From an uncultured Bacteroidota bacterium (GTDB lineage: Bacteria > Bacteroidota > Ignavibacteria > UBA10030 > UBA6906), in assembly GCA_963700635.1 (NCBI GenBank), contig CAVOYH010000004.1, positions 384,001 through 448,000 on the forward strand: 64,000 bases of DNA, given 5' to 3'. How positions within the stretch are numbered: the first letter of the stretch is position 1; every line of letters begins with the position of its first letter. The notes under the pieces are model-generated. The model was not told the origin of the DNA and did no database searches. It worked only from the letters and a program-made list of their open reading frames with translations. The position numbers and the translations under genes are program-made. Positions 8,659 to 18,508 of the stretch are shown in pieces.

Positions 8659-10987
8659 CTGGCCGGCCCTCTTCGCTGCTCTTCTCCTCACCGTCGGCAT
8701 TGTTCCAGGTTACCGATATGGCCTCCCGTTCGTATCATCGGAACTTGCCGCGGGGGGAATTCTCCTCCTTTCCGTCGCCGTCTGCGCCTCCACAATCCGC
8801 ACCCCGCATGGGGTCTCTCCTCTGCTGTCCCTCATCGGTGCGGGGATCGTTGTCTCGACGGGAGCAGTGATGGGTGCTGCTGCGCGGTCGGCAGAGCCAC
8901 TGCTGCCTGTAACAATAACCGGCGAACCTGTGACGGTCATCGGAGAGGTCCTGGAGCCTCCATCGTGGTCCGGGAACTCCCTCAGGTTTCGTCTCGCCGT
9001 CCATACGATTCTCTCGGACACGATTGTCACGCACGTCCCGGTCACCGCGCTGGTTGCCGTTCGTAGCGGGGAGGGTGCAGAATCCACCATCGTGCCCGAC
9101 TACGGAATGACGGTGGTGCTTCACGGATTGCTCGAACTACCCCGTTCCGCTCCTAATCCCGGGGAGTTTGACGCCCGGGCATACTACCGCGCCAACGACA
9201 TTGCCATACTCCTGCGTGTCCGGGGAAACCACCATGTTTGTATCCTCGACAGTGGTGGTGGCTGGTGGGCTATGCGCACCATCGTGGCCCCTGCCAGGCG
9301 AACGCTTCTCGATCATATCGACCGCAGCATCGGCGGTGAGGAGGGCGAGTTTCTGAAGGGGCTGATGATCGGGGAGCGGGGCGGGCTCAGCCCGCAGTTA
9401 CGTGCTGCCTTTCTTACCTCGGGCGTGGCGCATATCCTTGCGGTTTCGGGTTCCAATGTGGCCGTCGTGGCAGCCGCCTTGTTCGCCATACTCCTGCTCC
9501 TACGAATTCCGCGGCGCCTGCATGCATATCCGGTGGCCTGCGCGATGCTTCTGTATATGCTCCTGACCGGGAGCCAGCCTTCCGTGGTTCGAGCCACGAT
9601 TATGGCTCTTGTCGGTCTGCTCGTTTCCCGCAGGGGAATCCGGGGTAATGGCTTAAATGCCATTGGAATTGCTGCACTGATCATGTTCTTTCTGGACGTC
9701 CGGCAGGTATTCGATATGGGCTTCCAGCTTTCCTTTGGTGCAGTGCTGTCGATCATTCTTCTCTACCCGAAAGTCAACCGGCGCATCATCGCTTGGAAGG
9801 GAAATACGCGGTTCCGCCGGATCACCAGGGGAGGGCTCCGGCTTGCCGCAGTGTCGCTTGTGGCATCGGTCGGGACCTTCCCCTTGAGCGCCGGGGCCTT
9901 CGGGCAGGTCTCGGTCATCGGGCTTCTCGCCAACATTGTCGTTGTTCCTGTAAGTGGATGGTCCGTTGTGCTCGGGCTGCTGTCCGCTGCCGCTGAACCT
10001 CTCAGCGCAACTGCTGCAGCATCGCTCAGCGCACTGAACGCCTCAGTGCTCGCGTTCACGTTGCGTGTTGTCAGCATAAGCGCCGGCATTCCCTGGGCCT
10101 CATTTACAACGTTCTGGTTTGAACCGGTGTACACATTTCCATTTCTCGGCGTTCTTGGCATTGCGTATCACGCCGGAGATCCTTCCACCCGGCGCCTCTG
10201 GTGTATCGTTGCGCTTGCGGGCACCAACCTCGCGGTGTATCTTCCCGGGCGATATCAGCGGGAGCCGGGAACGTTCTTCGTCACGGCTATTGACGTCGGC
10301 CAGGGTGATGCAATCCTGCTGGAACATCCTGATGGAGGCGCGGCTCTTATCGATACAGGTCCGGTTCCGTTTGACGAGCGCAGAGGACTCGTTCCATTCT
10401 TGAGGCGGCGGGGCATTTCAGCTCTTGACGTCGTGGTTATCACACATCCCCATGACGACCATAACGGTGGCCTGAGTTCTCTGTGCAAGGTGATTGCGGT
10501 CGGGCGATTGATCACCCATTCGACAGCACGTGCCGGGACGCTCATCTCCTGGAAAGACGATTGCCGCCTGCAAATTCTGCATGCAGCGCCACCCGATGCC
10601 GGTCTTCCGGCTCCAGAGCAGAATCCGAATCGTCTCTCCGTGGTCGTGCGCCTGGTGTATGGCAGAACCGCCTTTTTGTTCGCGGCAGATGCTGAAGTAC
10701 CGGAGGAAGTACGGATGATACACGGATACGGAGTCGGGCTTGAATCTACTGCGCTGAAAGTCGGGCATCATGGCAGTGCCTCTGCGACCACAGATGCCTG
10801 GCTGGATGCTGTGCAGCCGGTCTATGCCATCATCACTGTCGGACAGAGGAACCGCTTTGGGCATCCATCGGCGGCAGTGCTTCGCCGGCTGCTGAAACGC
10901 GGAATCCACATCGCGCGAACAGACGAGGATGGTGCAGTGATGCTGGGCAGCGACGGTACAACCGTCCGCCGGTATCTCTGGCGTTAG
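8597..10987 (+). CDS. comEC: DNA internalisation competence protein ComEC/Rec2 (start uncertain)
   Basis: NPGEFD, HILAVSGSNV, PSVVRA, GFQLSF, DVGQGD, THPHDDH MBL motif, KVGHHGS, NRFGHP. Confidence 0.92.
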   Translation: MSSRHLWRFWVQSAGNRNHHSWPALFAALLLTVGIVPGYRYGLPFVSSELAAGGILLLSVAVCASTIRTPHGVSPLLSLIGAGIVVSTGAVMGAAARSAEPLLPVTITGEPVTVIGEVLEPPSWSGNSLRFRLAVHTILSDTIVTHVPVTALVAVRSGEGAESTIVPDYGMTVVLHGLLELPRSAPNPGEFDARAYYRANDIAILLRVRGNHHVCILDSGGGWWAMRTIVAPARRTLLDHIDRSIGGEEGEFLKGLMIGERGGLSPQLRAAFLTSGVAHILAVSGSNVAVVAAALFAILLLLRIPRRLHAYPVACAMLLYMLLTGSQPSVVRATIMALVGLLVSRRGIRGNGLNAIGIAALIMFFLDVRQVFDMGFQLSFGAVLSIILLYPKVNRRIIAWKGNTRFRRITRGGLRLAAVSLVASVGTFPLSAGAFGQVSVIGLLANIVVVPVSGWSVVLGLLSAAAEPLSATAAASLSALNASVLAFTLRVVSISAGIPWASFTTFWFEPVYTFPFLGVLGIAYHAGDPSTRRLWCIVALAGTNLAVYLPGRYQREPGTFFVTAIDVGQGDAILLEHPDGGAALIDTGPVPFDERRGLVPFLRRRGISALDVVVITHPHDDHNGGLSSLCKVIAVGRLITHSTARAGTLISWKDDCRLQILHAAPPDAGLPAPEQNPNRLSVVVRLVYGRTAFLFAADAEVPEEVRMIHGYGVGLESTALKVGHHGSASATTDAWLDAVQPVYAIITVGQRNRFGHPSAAVLRRLLKRGIHIARTDEDGAVMLGSDGTTVRRYLWR

Positions 10988-10995
10988 CCGTTGGT

Positions 10996-11024
10996 TTGCA
11001 TTTCCTGGACGGGATGAGTATACT
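10996..11024 (+). promoter_or_regulatory. putative sigma70 promoter
   Basis: TTGCAT-N17-TATACT upstream of the TrmH-family gene. Confidence 0.6.
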
Positions 11025-11055
11025 GTGACATCTGCGACCAAGGGTAACTCTGACC

Positions 11056-11850
11056 ATGACTGTAAGCAGGACACACCTCAAGCATCTTCGCGATCTCAAC
11101 CGGAAGAAAGGGCGGGACGAGACAGACACGTTCATTGTTGACGGCGTGCGGCTGGTGCGGGAAGCCCTCCATTCGTCATACACCCTCCTTGAATGCTACC
11201 ATACTGCCGAGGCCGCAGCGGATCCCGCGACTGCATCACTCATCACCCTGGCGGAGCGTCGGTCGTGTCCCGTCCACCGGATTTCAGCCCGTGACATGGA
11301 GAGTGTATCTGACACAGTAACAGCCCAGGGTCTCCTCGCGGTGGTCCGCCAGCAACACCCCGTACTCGAGGAAGTTCTCGGGCAGACCGCAGGTGAATCC
11401 GTGGTTGTTGCGCTGGACGGTGTTGGCGATCCGGGAAATCTTGGGTCCATCATCCGGACGTCCGACTGGTTTGGCGTGCACTCCGTCCTTGTCGGGAGGC
11501 AGAGTGTTGATCTCTACACGCCCAAGGTGGTACGCAGCACGATGGGAAGCTTGTTCCATCTTCCGGTTGTTTCGGATGTGGACCTGCTTGCCGCGCTCTC
11601 TCATGCCAGGGAATTGGGGTATACGATTTATGGGGCCGATGCCGACGGGGAGGCGCATTTTGACCGGGTCCGCTTCGCTCAACGATCGATTCTCGTGTTG
11701 GGCAACGAGGCGTGGGGTTTGTCAGATCCGGTGCGCACGATCACGGATGTGAGGGTGGCGATCCGGCGCTATGGCAGCGCCGAATCTTTGAACGTGGGCG
11801 TCGCGTGTGGAATTCTTCTTTCCGGTGTGCACCGTTTGCTGGACCAATAA
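11056..11850 (+). CDS. TrmH/SpoU family RNA 2'-O-methyltransferase
   Basis: DPGNLGSIIRT, LGNEAWG, ESLNVGVA SPOUT motifs. Confidence 0.92.
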   Translation: MTVSRTHLKHLRDLNRKKGRDETDTFIVDGVRLVREALHSSYTLLECYHTAEAAADPATASLITLAERRSCPVHRISARDMESVSDTVTAQGLLAVVRQQHPVLEEVLGQTAGESVVVALDGVGDPGNLGSIIRTSDWFGVHSVLVGRQSVDLYTPKVVRSTMGSLFHLPVVSDVDLLAALSHARELGYTIYGADADGEAHFDRVRFAQRSILVLGNEAWGLSDPVRTITDVRVAIRRYGSAESLNVGVACGILLSGVHRLLDQ

Positions 11851-11861
11851 CCTCTGATTGG

Positions 11862-12758
11862 ATGATGACCCTTCTTCCTCCCGGTTTTCGTATCGGTCAC
11901 TGGAGTGACCCCGCCGCCCGCACGGGCTGTTCCGTTATTCTCTGTCCGCCTTCTACAGTTGGTGGATGTGATGTACGCGGAAATTCTCCGGGAAGTCGGG
12001 AGTTGGCACTCCTGGCAAGCGAAAAAAGTATGCAGGAGGTTCATGCGGTTCTGCTCACGGGCGGCAGCGCCTTCGGGTTGGCGGCGGCTGATGGAGTGAT
12101 GCAATTTCTGGAAGAACACCAGATCGGATATGCCACGCCCTGGGCGCGGGTCCCCATCGTTCCCGCAGCGGTCATCTTCGATCTGAACGTGGGATCTGCG
12201 AGCATACGGCCAACGCCAGCCGCGGGATATGCGGCCTGCGTGGCCGCGGTGGGAAGTGTTGAGGGGGGTTGCAGGGGTGCCGGAACCGGGGCCACAATCG
12301 GAAAATGGAGAGGCCTTGACCGATCCATGCCCGGCGGATTGGGTGTGGCAGGCGAACGGTTCGGAGAAGTTGTTATGGTGGCCGTGGCCGTAGTGAATGC
12401 AGTCGGTGACGTACTCGCCGAGGACGGGACCATTCTTGCGGGAGCGACCGGAACACATGGTGGATGGGCGGCAAAGGAAGCCCGGTTCGGCCTGGATCAG
12501 CCACCTCCGCTCACGAATACGACTCTGGTAGCCCTGCTTACCAATGCGAGGCTCACGAAGGTGGAAGCAAACCGCGCGGCCTCGCGCGGACATGATGGCA
12601 TGGCACGGGCTGTCAAACCGGTCCACACTTCACACGACGGCGACATCGTCTTCGTGCTCGCATCTGGGGCTGTCCAGACCGGCTTCGAGCCGGTAGCAGA
12701 GATGGGTGCCGAAATGACGGCGGCGGCCATCCGTGATGCAGTCCGTTCCCGGGCATAG
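11862..12758 (+). CDS. peptidase family S58/P1 (DmpA-like)
   Basis: GCDVRGNSPGSRE, LTGGSAFGLAAA, PIVPAAVIFDL, GAGTGA, NTTL, HTSHDGD; start set to ATG 11862. Confidence 0.88.
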   Translation: MMTLLPPGFRIGHWSDPAARTGCSVILCPPSTVGGCDVRGNSPGSRELALLASEKSMQEVHAVLLTGGSAFGLAAADGVMQFLEEHQIGYATPWARVPIVPAAVIFDLNVGSASIRPTPAAGYAACVAAVGSVEGGCRGAGTGATIGKWRGLDRSMPGGLGVAGERFGEVVMVAVAVVNAVGDVLAEDGTILAGATGTHGGWAAKEARFGLDQPPPLTNTTLVALLTNARLTKVEANRAASRGHDGMARAVKPVHTSHDGDIVFVLASGAVQTGFEPVAEMGAEMTAAAIRDAVRSRA

Positions 12759-12925
12759 GCGCCTTCTCTCGGCGCCGCAGCTCTCACGCCGGAAGACCCG
12801 CCATTGATTTCCGGCTTCCAACTCCGACAAATCACACCGTATTTTTTTGGTGCGGGTATGTACCGGTCTCACGCGCGTGCCAGGAATGAAGTGCTGGACC
12901 GCTTGTCAACGAGGGCAGGACCATC

Positions 12926-13396
12926 ATGATACCAATGGTCAGCAGAATCATAGAGGTCTGTGTGTTCAGGTTCCGGGCCGATCATATTGAATACCTTGTT
13001 CTCCGACGCGCGCCACAGGAACAGGTCCATCCGGGAATGTGGCAGATTGTCACCGGCAGGGTGGAAGAGGGAGAAAAGGCCCTGAATACGGCCTTGCGGG
13101 AACTACAAGAGGAAACGGGGCTGGTGCCGGAACACTGCTGGTCTCTGCCAATGCTCACCTTTTTTTTTGATGTACGCAGCAATGCCATCAACATGTGCCC
13201 TGTTTTTGCCGTGCAAGTGAAGGATGGGACGAATCCTGTCCTGTCCGGTGAACACATAACGTATGCCTGGCTTCCACATGAGTCCGCGCGGACACGCCTG
13301 GTCTGGCCGAGCCATCGCAAAGCTGTTGATCTGGTGGACCGGTACATCGTCAAGGGGGAGGAGGCGGCATACAGGTTAGAACTGGACGTTTCTTGA
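12926..13396 (+). CDS. NUDIX hydrolase (NudB-like)
   Basis: WQIVTGRVEEGEKALNTALRELQEETGL Nudix box; LSGEH. Confidence 0.88.
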   Translation: MIPMVSRIIEVCVFRFRADHIEYLVLRRAPQEQVHPGMWQIVTGRVEEGEKALNTALRELQEETGLVPEHCWSLPMLTFFFDVRSNAINMCPVFAVQVKDGTNPVLSGEHITYAWLPHESARTRLVWPSHRKAVDLVDRYIVKGEEAAYRLELDVS

Positions 13397-13421
13397 AACT
13401 CTAGGGGGCTTTCCGTACCTT
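13393..13421 (+). promoter_or_regulatory. putative sigma70 promoter
   Basis: TTGAAA-N17-TACCTT before the PfkB-mtnA-recO-degP run. Confidence 0.45.
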
Positions 13422-13470
13422 ATACTGCAATTGTTCCGATTTTCGGTTTCATCAATGCACTGGAGACCCC

Positions 13471-14385
13471 GTGAGCGTGCTCGTTGTCGGTTCCGTAGCC
13501 CTTGATACGATTGAAACACCGTTCGGTTCAGTGCATGATGCGGTCGGTGGATCTGCAACCTATATCTCCGCCGCGGCAAGCTACTTCGTCAGCCCCATCC
13601 GGCTTGTTGGTGTGGTCGGAGGGGATTTCCCCCGCGAAGGGCTGGCATTTCTTGAGGAACGTAAGGTTGATCTGGAAGGACTCGAGGTTATCGCAAACGG
13701 CAAGACATTCCGCTGGTCGGGCCGATATCATTATGATTTGAATATGCGGGACACACTCTCCACCGACCTGAACGTGTTTGAACGATTTGATCCGAAGATC
13801 CCGGAGCGGCACCGGAAAATCCGTACGGTGTGCCTGGGCAACATTGATCCGGTTCTCCAGCGTAAGGTGCTCCAACAAATGGAGAATCCCCGCATTGTCG
13901 TGTGCGACACGATGAACTACTGGATCGAGGGCAAGCGGGAAGAACTCCTGAAGACGCTCACGATGATCAATGTGTTGATTCTGAATGACTCTGAAGCACG
14001 GCTATTATCAAAAGAACCGAATCTGATCAAGGCGTCGAAGGTGATCCGCAGTATGGGCCCCGGCGTTATCATCATCAAAAAGGGAGAGCACGGTGCGCTG
14101 CTGCTCACCGATTCCGTGGTCTTCTCTGCGCCGGCCTACCCCATGGAAAATATTTTTGATCCGACAGGTGCAGGGGATTCATTTGCCGGAGGTTTTATCG
14201 GATGGCTGGCCCGGACAGAAGACATGTCGGAAGAGAATCTAAAACGCGCAGTGATCTACGGCAGTACGCTCGCTTCATTTTGTGTTGAGAAGTTCGGTGT
14301 TGAGGGATTGTCAGACCTGACGTATCTTCGCATCCAGGACCGGTTCCGTGAGTTCAGAGAGCTTTCCCGATTTGATGAGGACTGA
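13471..14385 (+). CDS. PfkB/ribokinase family carbohydrate or nucleoside kinase
   Basis: VVGSVALD, GGSATY, NDSEA, DPTGAGDSFAGG. Confidence 0.9.
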   Translation: MSVLVVGSVALDTIETPFGSVHDAVGGSATYISAAASYFVSPIRLVGVVGGDFPREGLAFLEERKVDLEGLEVIANGKTFRWSGRYHYDLNMRDTLSTDLNVFERFDPKIPERHRKIRTVCLGNIDPVLQRKVLQQMENPRIVVCDTMNYWIEGKREELLKTLTMINVLILNDSEARLLSKEPNLIKASKVIRSMGPGVIIIKKGEHGALLLTDSVVFSAPAYPMENIFDPTGAGDSFAGGFIGWLARTEDMSEENLKRAVIYGSTLASFCVEKFGVEGLSDLTYLRIQDRFREFRELSRFDED

Positions 14386-14393
14386 TTGACACC

Positions 14394-15431
14394 ATGAAGG
14401 CTGTTGACTGGACCGATGGCCAAATACGGTTTCTCGACCAGACGCTCCTCCCGCACGAGGAGCGTTTTGTCGATACTCACGACGTCCGCGTGGTGGAAGA
14501 GGCCATCCGAAAACTCAGAATCCGGGGCGCGCCTGCCATCGGGGTGGCGGCGGCATTCGCCGTGGTACTTGCCGCGAGGGGGGGTGAAGGGAGTGATGGA
14601 CGCACACTCCGCGAGCGCGTCGAAAATGCTGTGGCCGTCTTGAGAATGACCCGCCCTACAGCGGTGAATCTGTTCAACGCCCTCCACCGCATGCAGCGGG
14701 TAGTGGACATGCACCCCCGGGAGGGTGACGATGACCTTCTGCCGCTGCTCATGCAGGAGGCAAAGAGAATTCAGGAAGAAGATCAACGGGCCTGTGACAG
14801 AATAGGAGAACTCGGGGCTTCGCTCCTTGGGACAGGGGTTTCACTCCTGACGCACTGTAACGCCGGGGCGCTGGCGACGGCGGGCAGTGGTACTGCCCTG
14901 AGCATCATTACAACGGCAGCCCGGGAGGGAAAAGTTGTGAGGGTATTTGCGGACGAAACCAGACCTCTGCTGCAGGGGGCACGGCTGACTGCCTGGGAGC
15001 TGCAGAAAGCCGGGATACCGGTTGTATTGATAACGGATAGTACCGCGGGATCAGTTCTGCGGGAAGGCAGAGTGCAGGCAGTGATTGTCGGAGCGGATCG
15101 TATCGCGGCCAACGGAGACACCGCGAACAAAGTTGGTACCTATCCCCTCGCAGTCCTCGCTCACCGTCATCATGTTCCGTTCTATGTTGCAGCTCCAACG
15201 TCGACGCTGGATGCACATTCCGCTGATGGGTCGGCCATTCCGATTGAGGAGCGTGATCCGATGGAAGTGACACACTTTGCCGGAGTCCGGGTTGCGCCTG
15301 ACGGAGTCGGCGTGTATGCTCCCGCCTTTGACGTGACGCCGAACCAACTCATTTCCGCCATTGTTACAGAGAACGGAATCCTCCGTCAGCCTTTTGATGC
15401 GTCTATCGCAAGGACATTGCAGACTTTATGA
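14394..15431 (+). CDS. mtnA: S-methyl-5-thioribose-1-phosphate isomerase
   Basis: LDQTLLP, IRGAPAIG, TRPTAVNL, LTHCNAGALAT, ETRPLLQGARLTAWEL, NKVGTY, FDVTP. Confidence 0.93.
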   Translation: MKAVDWTDGQIRFLDQTLLPHEERFVDTHDVRVVEEAIRKLRIRGAPAIGVAAAFAVVLAARGGEGSDGRTLRERVENAVAVLRMTRPTAVNLFNALHRMQRVVDMHPREGDDDLLPLLMQEAKRIQEEDQRACDRIGELGASLLGTGVSLLTHCNAGALATAGSGTALSIITTAAREGKVVRVFADETRPLLQGARLTAWELQKAGIPVVLITDSTAGSVLREGRVQAVIVGADRIAANGDTANKVGTYPLAVLAHRHHVPFYVAAPTSTLDAHSADGSAIPIEERDPMEVTHFAGVRVAPDGVGVYAPAFDVTPNQLISAIVTENGILRQPFDASIARTLQTL

Positions 15432-16201
15432 TCGTCAAAAGTGACGCCATCGTCCTCAAAACGATGAAATTCCGGGAATCCAGCATTATTGCTACGCTTC
15501 TGACACGGGACTATGGCAAAGTGTCAGTCATCGCAAAAGGTATCAGGAATAGGTCCCGTGGGGGAGCTTCCGCCCTGGAACCGATGAATTATGTGCGGGT
15601 CGTCATCTACCGTAAACCGGGAAGAGATCTTCAACTCATGACGCAGTGTGACCCGGTCCGTGTTTTTAAGGGGCTTTCGGATGATTTAGAACGGATGGCT
15701 GTCGGGATGGCCGCAGTAGAGCTCACCAATCTCGCCATTTCCCCCGACGAAACTCATCCTGAGGTATTTGACCTTGTGGTGGGTACTCTGGAAGCGTTGA
15801 GCAGTGCAACTCGGCACCCTGGAAATGCGTTATACTATTTTGAGGTACAGCTGTTAGGCTTGCTGGGATTTCGACCCGAATTACGCCGTTGCGTTCTCTG
15901 CGAAGGTCCGATCGCGACAATAGCGGGGCGCTCCGGGGGGGTATCGTTTCGATTGAGCGTGCACGGGGTTCTCTGCTCAGCGTGCGAGAATCGTGAACAC
16001 GGCGAGATGAGTATGACACTGCCGGCCCTGCATGCTCTGGCGGCGTTACAGGATACGCTGCTGGCCGAAGCGGCATTTCGGATCATGCTGACGCCGGAGA
16101 TGCGACGTACCATCGAAGAGGTGTTACGCTGGCTTGTCATGCACCACCTCACGGGCATGAAGCCGCTTCGATCAGAACAGGTGTTTTCAAAGTTGACGTG
16201 A
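15428..16201 (+). CDS. recO: DNA repair protein RecO
   Basis: AIVLK..FRESS..LLTRDYGKVSVIAKG OB fold; LGFRPEL..CVLC..CSAC zinc motif. Confidence 0.92.
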   Translation: MIVKSDAIVLKTMKFRESSIIATLLTRDYGKVSVIAKGIRNRSRGGASALEPMNYVRVVIYRKPGRDLQLMTQCDPVRVFKGLSDDLERMAVGMAAVELTNLAISPDETHPEVFDLVVGTLEALSSATRHPGNALYYFEVQLLGLLGFRPELRRCVLCEGPIATIAGRSGGVSFRLSVHGVLCSACENREHGEMSMTLPALHALAALQDTLLAEAAFRIMLTPEMRRTIEEVLRWLVMHHLTGMKPLRSEQVFSKLT

Positions 16202-16226
16202 ATTTTCTTGAACGGAGGAAAGTGAA

Positions 16227-17759
16227 ATGGTAAAGAAGTATGTTTTTGCATCTGTGCTCCTGGTGGCCGTGGGCATTATCGTCGGTGCGATACTGGTCTC
16301 ATCTGTGGGGAATGGCGTGGATCTGGGTTTCGCGCTGGGCTCGGGTGACGTCAAACTCGGAGGAACCGCACCAGTCGCTATCCAGAATCAAGCAGTAAAA
16401 GCCCTGAGCGACAATTTCGCCGCGGTGTCAAAGGCGGTATCACCTTCAGTTGTTGCGATTAAGACGACGACAACGGGTAAGGAACGTCAGAGCAGAATGC
16501 CGCGCGACTTTTTCCACTTTTTTGGACCGGAACTGCAAAACCCGAATCAGGCGCCTGAGCCCTCACAGGGATTTGGGTCCGGGGTGATCCTTACGGCCGA
16601 CGGCTACATCGCTACCAACAACCATGTTGTCGAGGGCGCGGCTGATGGCGGGATCGAGGTGACACTCAATGATAAGGTTTATTTTAAGGCAAAACTTGTT
16701 GGGGCAGATCCCTCAACGGACCTTGCGGTGATTAAGGTCGAAGCGACGGACCTTGTTCCCGCGGCGCTTGGCAACTCCGAATCTGTTCAGGTTGGGGAAT
16801 GGGTCGTTGCCATCGGCAATCCGCTTGGCCTCACCTCCACGGTGACCGCAGGGATCGTCTCCGCGATCGGGCGGAATATCAACATCATCCAGGATAACTA
16901 TGGGATTGAGAATTTTATCCAGACCGACGCGGCAATCAACCCGGGGAACAGCGGCGGAGCGTTAGTAAACATGAGCGGCGAACTGATCGGTATCAACACC
17001 GCTATTGCCACGACAAACGCCAGATATCAGGGATATGGGTTCGCAGTCCCGGTGAACCTGTTGAAGACGGTAGCCGCTGATCTTATAAAGTACGGGGAGG
17101 TGCGCAGGGGATACGTCGGCGTATCGATCGGACTTGTGGATCAGAAAATGGCTGATGCGCTGGGGATGAAGGAAGCGAAGGGGGTAATGGTTCAGGCGCT
17201 GGTTGCAGACGGAGCGGCCAGGGCGGCGGGCATTAAGGAAGGGGATGTGATCCTTACCGTTGACGGGCGCGAAGTGAACAGGCAGAATGAACTTCAGTCG
17301 TATATTGCCACACGCCATCCGGGCGATGAAGTCACGCTGAAGGTGTTCCGGGATGGAAAGACGTTCGAGAAAAAGGTTGTCTTACGGCCACGACAGCCGG
17401 AACCCGAAATCGCACGCGGGGAGGGCGAGAAACCGGCAGAACGGGAGGCCACAGCGGATTCACCGCGAAGTGTCACGTTTGACAATCTTGGATTTGGTGT
17501 TCGGGCGCTTACTTCAGCGGAAGCCAAAGCGCTCAACGGTGAAAAAGGCGTGATCGTGGCAGACGTTAAGCCGTACGGGGAGGCGGCCAGCCGGTCCATC
17601 CGGAAGGACGATATCATCCTGGAAGCCGACCGGAAAGAAGTTGCCTCGCCGGCCGATCTGAAGAGGATCATCGAGGGTCGAAAAGCAGGGGAATCAGTTC
17701 TATTTAGGGTCAAACGGGACAACACAACCGCCTTTATAGCGCTGCAGATACCCCGTTAA
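16227..17759 (+). CDS. Do/DegP (HtrA) serine endoprotease with two PDZ domains
   Basis: TNNHVV, DLAVIK, IQTDAAINPGNSGG triad; two PDZ domains. Confidence 0.95.
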   Translation: MVKKYVFASVLLVAVGIIVGAILVSSVGNGVDLGFALGSGDVKLGGTAPVAIQNQAVKALSDNFAAVSKAVSPSVVAIKTTTTGKERQSRMPRDFFHFFGPELQNPNQAPEPSQGFGSGVILTADGYIATNNHVVEGAADGGIEVTLNDKVYFKAKLVGADPSTDLAVIKVEATDLVPAALGNSESVQVGEWVVAIGNPLGLTSTVTAGIVSAIGRNINIIQDNYGIENFIQTDAAINPGNSGGALVNMSGELIGINTAIATTNARYQGYGFAVPVNLLKTVAADLIKYGEVRRGYVGVSIGLVDQKMADALGMKEAKGVMVQALVADGAARAAGIKEGDVILTVDGREVNRQNELQSYIATRHPGDEVTLKVFRDGKTFEKKVVLRPRQPEPEIARGEGEKPAEREATADSPRSVTFDNLGFGVRALTSAEAKALNGEKGVIVADVKPYGEAASRSIRKDDIILEADRKEVASPADLKRIIEGRKAGESVLFRVKRDNTTAFIALQIPR

Positions 17760-17773
17760 TATCCCACAGACTC

Positions 17774-17818
17774 CGGACGGGTCCCTGCATTGACTGCCGG
17801 GGCCCGTCTGTTTTTTTT
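17774..17818 (+). terminator. intrinsic terminator
   Basis: CGGACGGGTCCC / GGGGCCCGTCTG stem (with GU pairs) followed by T8. Confidence 0.8.
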
Positions 17819-17836
17819 GCGATTCGGGCCGAAAAC

Positions 17837-17865
17837 TTGACAAATAGACCCCTTGGACGTATATT
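17837..17865 (+). promoter_or_regulatory. sigma70 promoter
   Basis: TTGACA-N17-TATATT. Confidence 0.75.
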
Positions 17866-17988
17866 TTTTAATACGTTGGACCAGTTGACACATAAGGGGA
17901 AGGCAACTTCAGCGCACATAGGAGTGTATACGGTCACCCGGGTCGGCTTAACGCGAAGGTTCTTATTCTGAATCAGAATTACGAGCCC

Positions 17989-18450
17989 ATGAGCGTCGTG
18001 AATGTCAAGAAGGCCATAGGTCTTCTGTTTCGCGGTAAAGCAGAGCTGATTGAGGCACAGAACGGACAGCTTGTCCGTGCCGTGTCGGTGGCGATGCCGT
18101 TCCCCAGCATTGTCCGCCTGTCAGTGTTTGTCAAAGTCCCCTACAAGAAGATCATACTATCCCGCAAGAACATCCTCCGCCGCGACGGGCATCGGTGTCA
18201 ATATTGTGGAAGGGGGGACCTTCCATTGACGGTAGACCATGTGATTCCCGTGTCACGTGGAGGAGAGGACGCCTGGGAGAACCTGGTCTGTGCCTGTGTC
18301 CGGTGCAACAACAAGAAGGGAGACCGGACTCCGGAGGAGGCGCTGATATCCTTGCGACGCAAACCCATGCGCCCCAACCATGTCACGTTTATCCGTCATG
18401 TGGTGGGGTCTCTCGACGAGCGGTGGAAGCCCTACCTTTTCCTGAATTGA
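17989..18450 (+). CDS. HNH endonuclease (McrA-like); true start probably upstream
   Basis: RKNILRRDGHRCQYCG, LTVDHVIPVSRGG, WENLVCACVRCNNKKG; family-like VLILNQNYEP lies in frame 5' of the first ATG. Confidence 0.88.
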   Translation: MSVVNVKKAIGLLFRGKAELIEAQNGQLVRAVSVAMPFPSIVRLSVFVKVPYKKIILSRKNILRRDGHRCQYCGRGDLPLTVDHVIPVSRGGEDAWENLVCACVRCNNKKGDRTPEEALISLRRKPMRPNHVTFIRHVVGSLDERWKPYLFLN

Positions 18451-18508
18451 TGCAGGCCGGGGTCATTCGCTCGGATGTCCCCCTGCACACCAATCCACTA
18501 CGGATCGT

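Noticed and set aside
13160-13168. T9 tract in the NUDIX gene as a phase-variation switch
   Set aside because: Frame intact (TFFFD), cytoplasmic housekeeping-type enzyme, no supporting evidence
17989-18450. HNH gene as a homing element or defence island
   Set aside because: Stand-alone family in housekeeping context; no intron, methyltransferase, integrase or flanking repeats seen
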